From Ignavibacteriota bacterium (GTDB taxonomy: Bacteria > Bacteroidota > Ignavibacteria > Palsa-1295): a DNA stretch of 64,000 nt. The stretch covers positions 384,001 through 448,000 of the forward strand of contig CAWBEI010000003.1 in the NCBI GenBank assembly GCA_963787835.1, in the 5' to 3' direction. Of the stretch, positions 32,157 to 42,761 are shown piece after piece (position 1 is the stretch's first letter; every line of letters starts with the position of its first letter). A model generated the notes under the pieces. That model saw nothing but the letters and a program-made list of their open reading frames with translations, was not told the origin of the DNA and searched no databases. The translations under genes and the position numbers were made by a program.

Positions 32157-32370
32157 GGAGTGCGTAGTGTAGTATCAGATGGATTCACCAGTTGGTGATC
32201 CCGGGGTGGAAGCCGCCCCTTTTACGCAAATTGATACGGAAAAGTTTTGGGCAAATTATTTAATCGCGAAACAGCACAACCCGTTTGTTCGTATTGCCGC
32301 CTTCAAAGCCCAAACGCATCTGGCCTTCCAGCGTTTGCCAAGCACCAAGATTTCCGAGCACCCACTCGAT

Positions 32371-32730
32371 AAAATAAAAAGCGCTTCGGCGTCATCGTGT
32401 GTGGTGAGAGTTGGTCCTCCCTAATTTGTGAAACACTACGAGACCTCCGAAGCGCCCCTCTCGTTCAATATGCCCTGTGGTCAGCAGGGCAACTTTGGTA
32501 GCTTCGAACCGTGAGCTATGAGATTTACTCGTGCTCTCGGTTTGGCTCAAAAATCAGTTTTCAAATAGATCCGTCGATCGCGTCGGCTGTCAACGCATTG
32601 CTTAAATGAACAGCCGCTAAATTCAGGAAGGTTTCCAAACGAGGGCTTGATTTTCAGAGTGTTGATGCTTACATAAAAGTACCGAAAGAGACCTCATAGC
32701 GACCGAAGGACGGGGCGTGTGCCCGATTAA
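32371..32730 (-). ncRNA. candidate large structured non-coding RNA (6S-sized rod plus 3' domains)
   Basis: TATATTTG promoter (32737-32744), nested helices, terminal stem plus U-tract, no minus-strand ORF of 60 aa or more. Confidence 0.5.
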
Positions 32731-32916
32731 CTTTTACAAATATAATACAATTATTTTGCGATTGCTTGAAATGTTGGCGCTGGGCGGGTTTTCCATGACC
32801 AAACCCCCGAATAAATGAACGTTGGGGGAACCGGGTAGCTATCATTTTGGCTTATACGCGCTTGCTAAAGGGCTTCCCGGTTTTCTTTTGTATTATAGCG
32901 CTTTTGCATTTTCATT

Positions 32917-32991
<75 letters not shown>

Positions 32992-32993
32992 AT

Positions 32994-33094
32994 AATCTGA
33001 ACCTGGATTTCGCTGATTATTTGGATTTCGCTGATGAATATTAGAAGTTCATCAACGAAATCATCTTCAAATCAGCGAAATCCAGGTTCAGATT
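32994..33094. repeat. 101-bp palindromic element with 25-bp perfect arms
   Basis: aatctgaacctggatttcgctgatt (32994-33018) / aatcagcgaaatccaggttcagatt (33070-33094), internal direct repeat of ggatttcgctgat. Confidence 0.85.
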
Positions 33095-33095
33095 T

Positions 33096-33692
33096 TTATT
33101 TTTGCTCCTCCTGACCAGTATCGGAAGGTACCGGTTCCGATTGATCCACCGTTGCGCCATAATGCTTGCTATACATGTCATACCATTTGGTGACAGCCGC
33201 ATAGTTTTGCAGATGATTGGGTCCGTAATACGAGTATTCAACGCTGTTCTGATCGATAAACCTGTCATCGAGCACATGAAGCAATAACGCGGTCGAGCGA
33301 TAGACTTTCCAGCGGTCTGGCGCCAAAAGCGCTCGCGGCTCCTGGAAGGAAACGATCCAATCGGCACCAAGCTTTCGTGCGTATTTTTCCATCATCGCGA
33401 CCACATCTTCGGATTCTTCCGCTTGCACAACGATTGTCCCGATCACGATCGCGCTGCGCGGCATGATCGAATCCGGCATCGGCTCGTGATACGTAAGGCT
33501 CACAGAGTCATTGACAGCCGGTACAACGAATGGTGTCGAACTTTGCAAAATGACAGAGTCATGATCGCTTGATTTCAATATCTCCTTTGCTGGGTGTTCC
33601 AACGTAAAATACTGGGCAAATCCGGCCATCGGTGCTATGAGAAGCATACCTGCTATGGCGATGAACGATCGAAATTCCTTGAATTTCCACAT
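33096..33692 (-). CDS. secreted hypothetical protein
   Basis: Signal peptide ending GFA-Q; AGAGGA RBS; ARKLGADWIV motif. Confidence 0.75.
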   Translation of the reverse strand: MWKFKEFRSFIAIAGMLLIAPMAGFAQYFTLEHPAKEILKSSDHDSVILQSSTPFVVPAVNDSVSLTYHEPMPDSIMPRSAIVIGTIVVQAEESEDVVAMMEKYARKLGADWIVSFQEPRALLAPDRWKVYRSTALLLHVLDDRFIDQNSVEYSYYGPNHLQNYAAVTKWYDMYSKHYGATVDQSEPVPSDTGQEEQK

Positions 33693-33862
33693 AATATTCC
33701 TCTTGGGGTGCTTCCGGCTTTCGCTGGAAGCTTGGCAAACTGTCCGGTTATTCGGCCAGTACCTAGTGATATGACAATATGTAAGCCAGTGGGGAGTTAT
33801 GGGATGTTGTAGGTGAATGCTGTAGAACGAACTGTTTTGGAACCTACTCGTTCTAATAGATC

Positions 33863-34093
33863 ATGATTCAGACACAAGTTGCTATTCCTGAGAACATCGA
33901 CGTCATTCTGGCTTCGCTTGCATCCGTGCAAGGGAAGAAAAAGGAGGATATTATTGTCGAGGCGGTGGAGGCGTATGTGCATCAACCTCGAACGCAGGAA
34001 GAGATCCTCGCTCTCCGGCGAAGCGCGCGTGGGATCTGGAAAGACAGAACCGATCTCCCCGATTTCGATGCACTCCGAAAAACAATGCGGTAA
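33863..34093 (+). CDS. orphan CopG/RHH-type antitoxin
   Basis: MIQTQVAIPE...II.EAVEAY..GIWKDRTDLPDF is typical of VapB-like antitoxins; no toxin follows. Confidence 0.7.
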   Translation: MIQTQVAIPENIDVILASLASVQGKKKEDIIVEAVEAYVHQPRTQEEILALRRSARGIWKDRTDLPDFDALRKTMR

Positions 34094-34287
34094 GGAAGAA
34101 ATGATTCATCTTCCGCTTCCCAAAGAAAAAGGTGCCATTTTTCTTTCATGTGAGTTCCCGACATTCCCTATTCATCCTTCGTTTCTGAGCCAATTTCGCC
34201 ATTTGTTCCAACAGGTATTCATAAAAGTCCCTTCACAGAGAACTCGTTCATAATGAAACCTATCGCTTCCATTTTCAATGAGCCACC

Positions 34288-34339
34288 GAGCACCTATTCT
34301 TAATTCTCAATTCTTAATTGAAAATTGATACAGGTGCCC
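34288..34339. mobile_element. 52-bp MITE-like element
   Basis: Ends GAGCACCTAT / ACAGGTGCCC (8/10 inverted) enclosing heptamer repeats taattct/caattct/taattga/aaattga. Confidence 0.4.
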
Positions 34340-34563
34340 ATCAAAGCACGAGCAATCTACGCAATTAAATTGGCAATGTCAAGGCTTTACTGAAAATAGT
34401 TGAAATTAGTTATTCGTAGCTTGCCATAAGAAAGAAGAAATATTTCGAATTTCTGACACGTCAATTTCTTTCGTTGTATGTTTGTACATAGTCAATTGTT
34501 TGCAGACGTCCGCCGTAGGTCTGACGGACGTGTTTTCATTATTAACCACAAGGAATCAGCAAT

Positions 34564-37500
34564 ATGTTACGGAACCATTTAACACCACTCCCCCAAGCGG
34601 AGAAAACTCAGCACTCAGCACTCAGCACTCTCGCACGAGAGCATTGATAATGTTAGCTCTCTTTCTTGCTTGTTCAATCAGCGCGGGAGGCCTGAGTGCA
34701 CAAACAGCTTACAACTTTGGGCCTACAGCACTTGATATCCCTGCTGTCACGGGATCGGGACAGAACATCCTAACGATGGATTGTTTTGCTGCCAACGGAT
34801 ACGGACAGTGGACATCGTCAAGTAATACAACCAACTCGATCGGCTATAAAGCCTGCTTCCTCCTCTCGAACCAATTGAATAGTAAGCCTGGCTCTGGATC
34901 ATGGGATGATGCGATGGCCGGAGTCCTCGGTGTGAAACAGTTCACCTATAATAACAGTGATGTTTATCCCTATCCCACTGACGTCTATCCCACCGAAGCA
35001 ATTAAATGCGTTGCGAATCTAAAGGGTAATGTCCGTTATGTTTGGATAGATAATACTTCTGCTAGAGACCAATTCTATGTAGAAGGGTTCGACCCAGCAA
35101 CATCGACGAATGCTTCAACTGGTATTGGAATCGACTTTGTCGGCCTTGGAAGTGGTTCTAGCAGTGCGGCCATACTCAAAAATTCCACCACTGCTACCTA
35201 TTACACAGAAGGCGTAATCAGTTCAGGCACGCTCGTCTCATCAACAAACGAGGCGCTTTATCCCGATATGTTCGATGTTGCTATCGACGCCAATTATCTT
35301 TACATTGTGTGGGAAGAGTACTCATCGCCAACTTACTCGATTTATGGTGCGGCGGTAAATCTAAGTACCAACGCGGTAACACAGTTGGGCCTTGTTGCAT
35401 ACGGCAGACGGCCTACGGTGTCGATAGATGTTCGGAATTCTGGAAGTATTGGCAACATTGACGTAGCCTATCTGTTGACAGTTCCGGGTAATGTAAATTG
35501 GACTGAGTATAATGAAAGCACCACGTTGTGGTCATCGCCTGTTTCTGTGACGACGACAATGTCCGGCTATGGATGGAATTGGTCCAACGCCACGCATGCA
35601 AGGATTGTGGATGCAAGTGCCCCAGGTAGTAGTTCAACGGATAAAGCTATTTATTTTATTGCATCCGATAACAATTCAACCCCTGCTCTCTTCTTGAATC
35701 GCATCGTGGCTGGGTCACTCTCTGCTTCGTGTAATTATTGCGACGGCTACTATAACACCACACGCCCGGCAAATTCTCCAATTGTAACATCATCGGGCTA
35801 CGCAGTGATGGATGATTACATTCGTGCATTCATAAACCCATACGACGGTAATACTTCTTCTGGCTCGTTCAATCATTTTAATTGCCTTTATGTCCTCAAC
35901 TATTCCGGGGGGCCGACGCATGGCTTAACACCGGTTATGATCATTCAAGGAAGCAATCCTGATAGTGCATATTGTGTAAGTGGAGGAACCACTTTAGGAA
36001 GCTTTCCTTACGACGACCCGGTGGCAAAGACTATGCACAAACCTTATCAGTATGTTGGAGGCGCGAATCAAATGGGAATTTATGTCCATTGGACTGGCCT
36101 AAACACAGGCGATCATTACGTTCAAACTGACGCACACTCTATCGATCAATATATAGAGGAAAACACCCTCCTAACAGCTAAATGTACTGTTGACAACAAT
36201 GTAAACCTCACCAGCAACTGGCTAACGCTTTATTCAGATCCCGGGTCGGCTGGGATCACGGGATATAGCGGTTCAGGTATTCTTAACATCAATAATGGAA
36301 AAAAACTTGACATTCCTTCCGGTGGTTATGGCGATTTCGTTCTCATTGGGGCTTCAACGATTAATTTCGACAATACAGCAGGCGATATTATCGAGGTGGA
36401 CGCAAACGACCAAATGGATTTTTATGGCAGCGCAAATAGCTCCATTGTTGGAACGGGTGAATTCAAATTCGTGGGTTCCGGAGATTATGTTGCTACCGGG
36501 TCGTATGGATCGTACGTTTGGACGATCTCCGCTCCGGCTACGCTCAATCTACATCCTGGCACAAGCTTAATTGTCGGAACTTCTTACAGCAACCCAAACT
36601 ATTTTACCTGCACCGATGCAGAGATTCATGCGAATACCGGAACTAATGTAATAACTGGAAGCGGAACCACGTGGGGTAATCTTACTCTTAATGGCCATTC
36701 CAGCTTTACCCAAAGCATCATTGAATCCGATTATACCGGCGACATCACATCCTCAAATCCCATCATCACTATTCAGAGCAACGGCTCAGCGGGTTCTGCA
36801 TGGCCTTCCTGGACTAATGGAACAGGCAACGCTGATTATAATGGTACTTATTCTTCTTTAACCTTTGCAATAGACACCTTTGAGAAATGCCTCTTTACAA
36901 CTGGTAGTAATACGGGACATGCCTACATCCAGATTTTAGGAAAAAATATTGCTCCTAACGGCCTTATTGTTGACCAAGGATATGTCGAGGGTATTTCCTT
37001 CATTTCGCCTCCTACTGGTTCAAGTTGGATCAATCCATACTGGCCTATAACATTTACTGGTGTGACATTCGGAAGAATCGTTCAATATGGAATGGATATT
37101 TCATTTCTTTATCCTCCGTCACAAGCCGAGTACACCGAGTACAGTCTACTTGTGAATGGGTGTGGCTTCCAAGGCTTCGACCCATTAAGTTCTCCAAACC
37201 CAGATGGTATCAAAGTAGAGTCTGCAGCAGATTTGATTGCAATCCCCGGTTCTACACCGACTGCAGCAGAGGATGCCTTGCGAGAAGATATTACAATAGA
37301 AAATAATACTTTCGAGCCTACTATTTATTTCCCATACAATGGGATGGAAACGGATGAGACAGATGGCAGCATCGAGGCTGCAATTCATTTCAGTGATGCA
37401 ACAGGGGATATTATATCTAATAATATATCAGGGGAGAAATATGAACGTGGAATTTGGAACGAAAGTTCAACGTCAGCAAGCCACGACGATACGTGGACAT

Positions 37501-39029
37501 TCATGTGCACCAACAATATTTCCAGCCTCGCATACGCTGGGGCAGCAGGTATTTCTACCGATTGGTACACAGGATATATCAAATCAGATACTATTTTCTA
37601 CTGCACCACCGGTCAGCTTAGTGGATACAATGATGCTGGACACATCGACTTTTCTGGCTATGCTTACAATTATGGCCCTGCTTATACCGGAGTTAATGGA
37701 AGCCAAACCGATATCGCAGGTGTTCATCACCCAAGTGACCCCTCAATTGACGATCCGGCATACAACATTTTCGAAAACAATAATTCCGGAGGGATTCAGA
37801 TAACTTTAGATCAATCTAACTATCCGACCTATCCTTATTCTTTGGTTTATCTTGGTCAGGCAGGGCCGTACTCAGGCTCTTGGGCAGTGTTCGGTGACAA
37901 CGACATAGAGGGGTCTACAGACGTCGCTTCGACGCTATCTGGAACCCCGATTGTTGATGTTGGCAACAACTATTGGGGTGGTTCCCCGGGTGTAGCCTTC
38001 AGCGGCACAAATGTTACATATACCGATCATGCTGGCGACCTTTCCTCACAGGACATATCCAGAGACTTCACGTGTACGAGCGATGACGATGACGCTTCAA
38101 AAAGGAAAGGCGCAAAAACCCCGTTAATTCTGGCAGCAGATACTGCCATGTCTCATTGTGACAGTCTTCTCACTAACGGATACGGGTTGTTAATTGATGG
38201 GTTTTGGCAAGATAGTTATGACACTCTCAGACTTTTCATGGAGGAATGTCCTTTCTATGTAGGTGGAAAATATAACGCAGGTGTTGCGTCATATGAAGGT
38301 TTCAATTATGTAAGCAACGCCGTAACACAATGGCAAGCTGGTGGTGTGGAACGCTGGAGTGATTTTCTTGCATGGCTTAAACAAGTTCTTTACTTGAATC
38401 CTGATACAACTTGGTATTGCAGTGACGTAGGTGATATGATCACGGCCTTTCAAAACAACGAGGCCGAACAAGAGTCTGCGATTCAATACGTAGTCAATAG
38501 CGGGAAGTGCCCAGGCTTCGCTTCACTATTAAGCGCACCGTCATATTGGCGCCACCAGTTCTGGCTAGATTCGATCTTGGTTAAATACGATACTGTGCAA
38601 CCTTGGGGCAAATATGGTTGGTGGGTTGATAGTTTAGTCAATCAGGATACGCTTGCAAATCCTTATGATTCAACCATTCCTTCGTTGCAGCAGGAGAACC
38701 TTCAAATTCTTATGGGGCAGCAATTCGCTGGAATTCAACCAAGTTCCCCCATCACTTCGCAGGGTTTGCTCTCCGCGCAGCTTCTTGAAAACCCGATTAA
38801 GGATGAAATCGATGTATCCTACCAAATGGGCCGCACTGCGCTGGTTACCATGGAGCTTCGGGATGTTCTGGGCCGCTCGGTTCCCATCGCTAATGCTAAA
38901 TATCAATTAGAGCAACCCGGTTCGCATCAAGCCAGCATTCCTGCTCCCAATCTGCCACCGGGAACATATTATCTACGCATCACCACTGATGCCGGCGACG
39001 CGATAACGTTGAAAGTGATGAAGGAATAA
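34564..39029 (+). CDS. giant (~1490 aa) T9SS cargo, Ser/Thr/Gly/Asn-rich with beta-helix-like region; 5' end apparently frameshifted
   Basis: Open frame 34482-39029 with signal h-region LIMLALFLACSISAGGLSA and CTD (ENP...LPPGTYYLRI..KVMKE). The RBS-preceded ATG at 34564 is out of frame by one base. Confidence 0.75.
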
Positions 39030-39050
39030 ATGAAAACAGGTAATTTCGAA

Positions 39051-39096
39051 CAACAACTGACAAATGGCTCACCCCATTCGTCAGTTGTCGTTTTTA
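39051..39096 (+). terminator. intrinsic terminator
   Basis: acaactgacaaatgg / ccattcgtcagttgt followed by ttttt. Confidence 0.7.
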
Positions 39097-39286
39097 CGTG
39101 TCTTATTGAAAGAAAACGGGGTATTTTCGCGGGGCACTACTTAGCGGCTCCCTCCGTTCTCCCGCTTCCCTAAAAGAGGGTAACTTTAACTCCGGCGAAT
39201 GCGCGTGACGGGCAGTGCTGACGCCGGTATCTCAAACTATCGAACGCCCGGGAATCAACGCCGTCTTAGGCGCCACCATTAATTAC

Positions 39287-41434
39287 ATGACTGAACTCGA
39301 ACTAACACAAACACTGTCCGATGCAGCGGATACTGCAACTCTCGAACAACCACTCCCGGCCACATCTGTGGCGGAAGAAAATGAACCAGGCTCACCGGCC
39401 GCTATAACAGAAGCGCCCGCCGAGGCGCCCACGTCATCGGCCCAAATCGTGGTCGAACAGCCCCATAAGAATGGGCGCGCAAAAACGGTCCCGTCCCGTC
39501 GCGCAAAATTCACGGTCCTCGATCCGAACACCAAATTAGGTGGCGGCTATACCACGGAAGAACGTACCGAACTCGAGCAACTCTACGGAGCCTCGCTCTC
39601 CACGCTTGCCGATGGTCAGATCGTCAAGGGACATATCGTCCTGCTAACGAGCGATGAAGTGACGGTAGATATTGGATTCAAATCCGAAGGCGTTATCGCC
39701 CGCAATGAATTTGTACTTACGCCGGATCTGAAGATCGGCGATGAAGTGGAAGTGTATCTCGAATCCATCGAGGATCGCGAAGGCCGGTTGGTCTTGAGCC
39801 GCAAGCGCGCAGAGTTCACGCGCACCTGGCAGCGTATCATCGAGGCGCAGAAATCGGGCGAAGTGCTCGAAGCCAAATGCTTGCGCCGCATTAAGGGCGG
39901 AATGGTCGTCGATGTGTTGGGCGTGGAAGCATTCCTTCCCGGCAGCCAGATCGATACGAAGCCCATCCGCGATTTCGATGCCTTCCTCGGACGCTCGCTT
40001 GAAGTTCGGGTCGTCAAGATCAACTTCCAGCAAGAGAATATCGTCGTCAGCCACAAGGTATTGCTCGAAGAGCACATCCTCGATCAGCGCAAGGAGATCG
40101 TTGAGAAATTGGAGCGCGGTCAGGTGCTCGAGGGAACCGTCAAAGCCATTGCAGATTTCGGCGCGTTCGTCGATCTGGGCGGCGTCGATGGCCTTGTTCA
40201 TATCACCGACCTATCATGGGGCCGTGTGACGCATCCAAGCGAAGTCATCAAGCTCGATCAGGTCGTCACCGTCGTCGTGCTCGATTACGACGAGAACAAG
40301 AAGCGTATCTCGCTCGGCATGAAGCAGCTCCTGCCACATCCGTGGACGGAGATCGAGCAGAAGTATCAGGTTGGCCAGCGCGTCAGCGGGAAGGTTGTAT
40401 CCATGACGGATTACGGCGCATTCATCGAACTCGAAAAGGGTATCGAAGGCCTGATCCACGTCAGCGAAATGTCGTGGATACAGCATGTGAAGCATCCATC
40501 GCAGATCCTGACGATCGGCCAGGATGTCGAAGCGCTCATCCTCAACATCGATCAGGATTCGAAGAAGATCTCGCTTGGACTGAAGCAGTTGGAACCCGAC
40601 CCGTGGACGCTGTTCCTCGAAAAATATCCGATGGGATCGAAACATCGCGGTATCGTTCGCAACCTTACGAGCTTTGGCGCATTCATCGAGCTCGAACCGG
40701 GCGTCGATGGGCTGGTACACATCAGCGATCTTTCCTGGACGAAGAAAGTGCAGCATCCGGGCGAAGTATTGAAGAAGGGCGAAGAGATCGACGTTATGAT
40801 CTTAGGTATCGATCTGGAAAATCGCCGCATTTCGCTTGGCCACAAGCAGGTGCTCGATAATCCATGGGATAATCTGGAAACCATTTATGGCGAAGGCAAG
40901 GATACCGAAGGCAAGATCGTCCGCATCATCGATAAGGGCGTGATCGTCGAATTGCCGATGGGCGTCGATGGTTTCGTTCCCGTCTCGCAGCTTGCGTTCT
41001 TCCCGATCAAGAATATTCGGGACAGCTTCCACGTCGATGAAATGCTCAACCTTCGCGTGATCGAGTTCGACTCCGAAAACAAGAAAATAGTTCTCTCCGC
41101 CACCGAATGGCTGAAATCGCAGGACCGTCAGGCCCTGGAAGAGTTCAACGCCAAACATCCGATCCCGAAAGAGACACTCGAAGAGATGTCCAAGAAACGC
41201 CGCGATGCGCCGGGCGACAAACGCCCGAAACGCACCGGACGCGGAAAGAAAAAGGATGAAGCCGGCGCCAATGGTGAGGCTACGGAAACTCCTGAAGGAA
41301 CCATCGATCTCGCGGCGCTCGTCGAGCAAGCCCCAAGCCCGAAAGAGCTTGGACATTTCGACCTTCCCGAAGAAATGCTGGAACCCGCACCGATCCCGCC
41401 GGGAGAAATTCCCGAAGTCGTGGAAGAGGGATAA
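39287..41434 (+). CDS. rpsA: 30S ribosomal protein S1 with N- and C-terminal extensions
   Basis: DIGFKSEG, AFLPGSQID, repeated GAF..L..GVDGLVHI.DLSW S1 domains. Confidence 0.96.
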   Translation: MTELELTQTLSDAADTATLEQPLPATSVAEENEPGSPAAITEAPAEAPTSSAQIVVEQPHKNGRAKTVPSRRAKFTVLDPNTKLGGGYTTEERTELEQLYGASLSTLADGQIVKGHIVLLTSDEVTVDIGFKSEGVIARNEFVLTPDLKIGDEVEVYLESIEDREGRLVLSRKRAEFTRTWQRIIEAQKSGEVLEAKCLRRIKGGMVVDVLGVEAFLPGSQIDTKPIRDFDAFLGRSLEVRVVKINFQQENIVVSHKVLLEEHILDQRKEIVEKLERGQVLEGTVKAIADFGAFVDLGGVDGLVHITDLSWGRVTHPSEVIKLDQVVTVVVLDYDENKKRISLGMKQLLPHPWTEIEQKYQVGQRVSGKVVSMTDYGAFIELEKGIEGLIHVSEMSWIQHVKHPSQILTIGQDVEALILNIDQDSKKISLGLKQLEPDPWTLFLEKYPMGSKHRGIVRNLTSFGAFIELEPGVDGLVHISDLSWTKKVQHPGEVLKKGEEIDVMILGIDLENRRISLGHKQVLDNPWDNLETIYGEGKDTEGKIVRIIDKGVIVELPMGVDGFVPVSQLAFFPIKNIRDSFHVDEMLNLRVIEFDSENKKIVLSATEWLKSQDRQALEEFNAKHPIPKETLEEMSKKRRDAPGDKRPKRTGRGKKKDEAGANGEATETPEGTIDLAALVEQAPSPKELGHFDLPEEMLEPAPIPPGEIPEVVEEG

Positions 41435-41440
41435 AGCCGA

Positions 41441-41497
41441 AAGGATGAGGGATGAAGGATGAAAATCTTTCATACTTCATACTTCATACTTCATAAT
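41441..41497. repeat. inverted heptamer arrays (ggatgaa / ttcatac)
   Basis: aaggatgagggatgaaggatgaaa...tttcatacttcatacttcatacttcataatt. Confidence 0.75.
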
Positions 41498-41503
41498 TGT
41501 TCA

Positions 41504-41538
41504 AAAAGCGGCGGCGATCGAATGATTGCCGCCGCTTT
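41504..41538 (+). terminator. rpsA terminator
   Basis: aaagcggcggcgatc / gattgccgccgcttt hairpin. Confidence 0.75.
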
Positions 41539-41549
41539 GTGTTTGAAAA

Positions 41550-42425
41550 ATGATGAGAAACCGACGATCTCTTTTTCCAACGATTACCCTCCTATTGATC
41601 TTGTTCGCAACGCGAATTGTAGCTGCCCGTGATTGGGAAACATTTTCGAGGCATTATCATGGCGTGATCGGAAATCATAAGGTCAACGTATATCTTCTAA
41701 ATAGATTTGGAACTCTGTCTGGCAATTACTATTATTCACGGTACGAGGATTCTGTTAAGAACAACGCTGGATCAGATGATTTTACAATCGACCTCACTGG
41801 GACTAAAAGGAGAAATCATTTACACCTCGAAGTAACCTGTTATTGGTGCGAAGAAGTTAAAGAACCAGAAACGTTTGAGGGCACCTTTATAGGCGACACT
41901 GCAATAACTGGGTTATGGATCGAAAAGCATGGCAGGAAGCTACATCTCCCATTTTATCTGACTTGTGAACCCGATACTAGTCAAATTACCCTGCCGCAGT
42001 CAAAAACACCGAACCTTAGTCGGTACAAAGGGAAGAGCCTTTGGAATTCGGGATTCTTCGATCAGCCATTCGTACAACGTAAACTTCAAACTATTTTAGG
42101 AAACGATCTCGACGATTTTATTAAATTTCTCCAATTTCCACTCGCAGAAACAGGGCATTTTTGGTTACATGATAGCCTTCTTACCTATAATCTATGGATT
42201 CCACACAATGGACCTTCAGACGAATGCATTCTGGATATCGACACATTAAATAACAACTTCTATATTTTTTGGTGTGGTGCACCCGATGCTTACATTAAAG
42301 TATATGGCAAGGACATTCCTCAAAGAGTGCTAAATCATTTTGCCTCGTCAATGAATAGCCAATGGGGTCGAGGCTCCCGACGATATATTATTCGAGGGCA
42401 AACAATTGAGGTGGAAGATAAATAA
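41550..42425 (+). CDS. secreted hypothetical protein, AT-rich
   Basis: Signal peptide; Y.G.IG...LSGNYYY motif; 291 aa. Confidence 0.7.
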   Translation: MMRNRRSLFPTITLLLILFATRIVAARDWETFSRHYHGVIGNHKVNVYLLNRFGTLSGNYYYSRYEDSVKNNAGSDDFTIDLTGTKRRNHLHLEVTCYWCEEVKEPETFEGTFIGDTAITGLWIEKHGRKLHLPFYLTCEPDTSQITLPQSKTPNLSRYKGKSLWNSGFFDQPFVQRKLQTILGNDLDDFIKFLQFPLAETGHFWLHDSLLTYNLWIPHNGPSDECILDIDTLNNNFYIFWCGAPDAYIKVYGKDIPQRVLNHFASSMNSQWGRGSRRYIIRGQTIEVEDK

Positions 42426-42441
42426 TAGTTATTTACAGGCC

Positions 42442-42543
42442 GTTATGCTCGATGTTCACGATCTTCCTCCGGGAAGCTATTTCTACGTCCTCCACGGCGC
42501 AGAATGGAACCTGAGCGGGAACGTGGTGAAGATCGGCAAATGA
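42442..42543 (+). pseudogene. orphan 3' fragment of a T9SS sorting-domain gene
   Basis: Reads VMLDVHDLPPGSYFYVLHGAEWNLSGNVVKIGK*; out of frame with the upstream gene. Confidence 0.65.
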
Positions 42544-42756
42544 CTACGCCGACGCGTGAACGAGGGAAGGATTGGTGAAGCTAAAAGAATTCACATCGGC
42601 GCGCTTGGAGGCGTGCTCCATCGTAAGCGAAAGCAGGTTGCCGTCGCGGTCGTAATCCGCAAGTGTGTTCTCGTCAAGATCCCGCGTATCCTCCGTTCGT
42701 CCATCAGAAAAGAGAACCAATAAGGTGTCGGTATCCTGAAAGTAGCTGATTTTCAT
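42544..42756 (-). CDS. DUF2283 family protein (putative antitoxin)
   Basis: MKISY..DTDTL...DYDRDGNL.SL.MEHASK. Confidence 0.8.
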   Translation of the reverse strand: MKISYFQDTDTLLVLFSDGRTEDTRDLDENTLADYDRDGNLLSLTMEHASKRADVNSFSFTNPSLVHASA

Positions 42757-42761
42757 ATTAT

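Noticed and set aside
32179-32424. 81-aa plus-strand ORF
   Set aside because: No RBS or motif; overlaps the gcvP promoter/leader and the structured RNA terminator.
32371-32730. tmRNA, RNase P or SRP RNA
   Set aside because: No tRNA-like GGGG...CCA ends, no GAGGAAAGUCC, no SRP tetraloop domain.
32683-32740. Glycine riboswitch (GAGA...CCGAAGG resemblance)
   Set aside because: Lies on the strand opposite to gcvP and lacks the CU(C/U)UCAGG element.
39283-41480. Long antisense and alternative-frame ORFs over rpsA (likewise over gcvP, emrB, metK)
   Set aside because: Shadows produced by codon bias of highly conserved genes.
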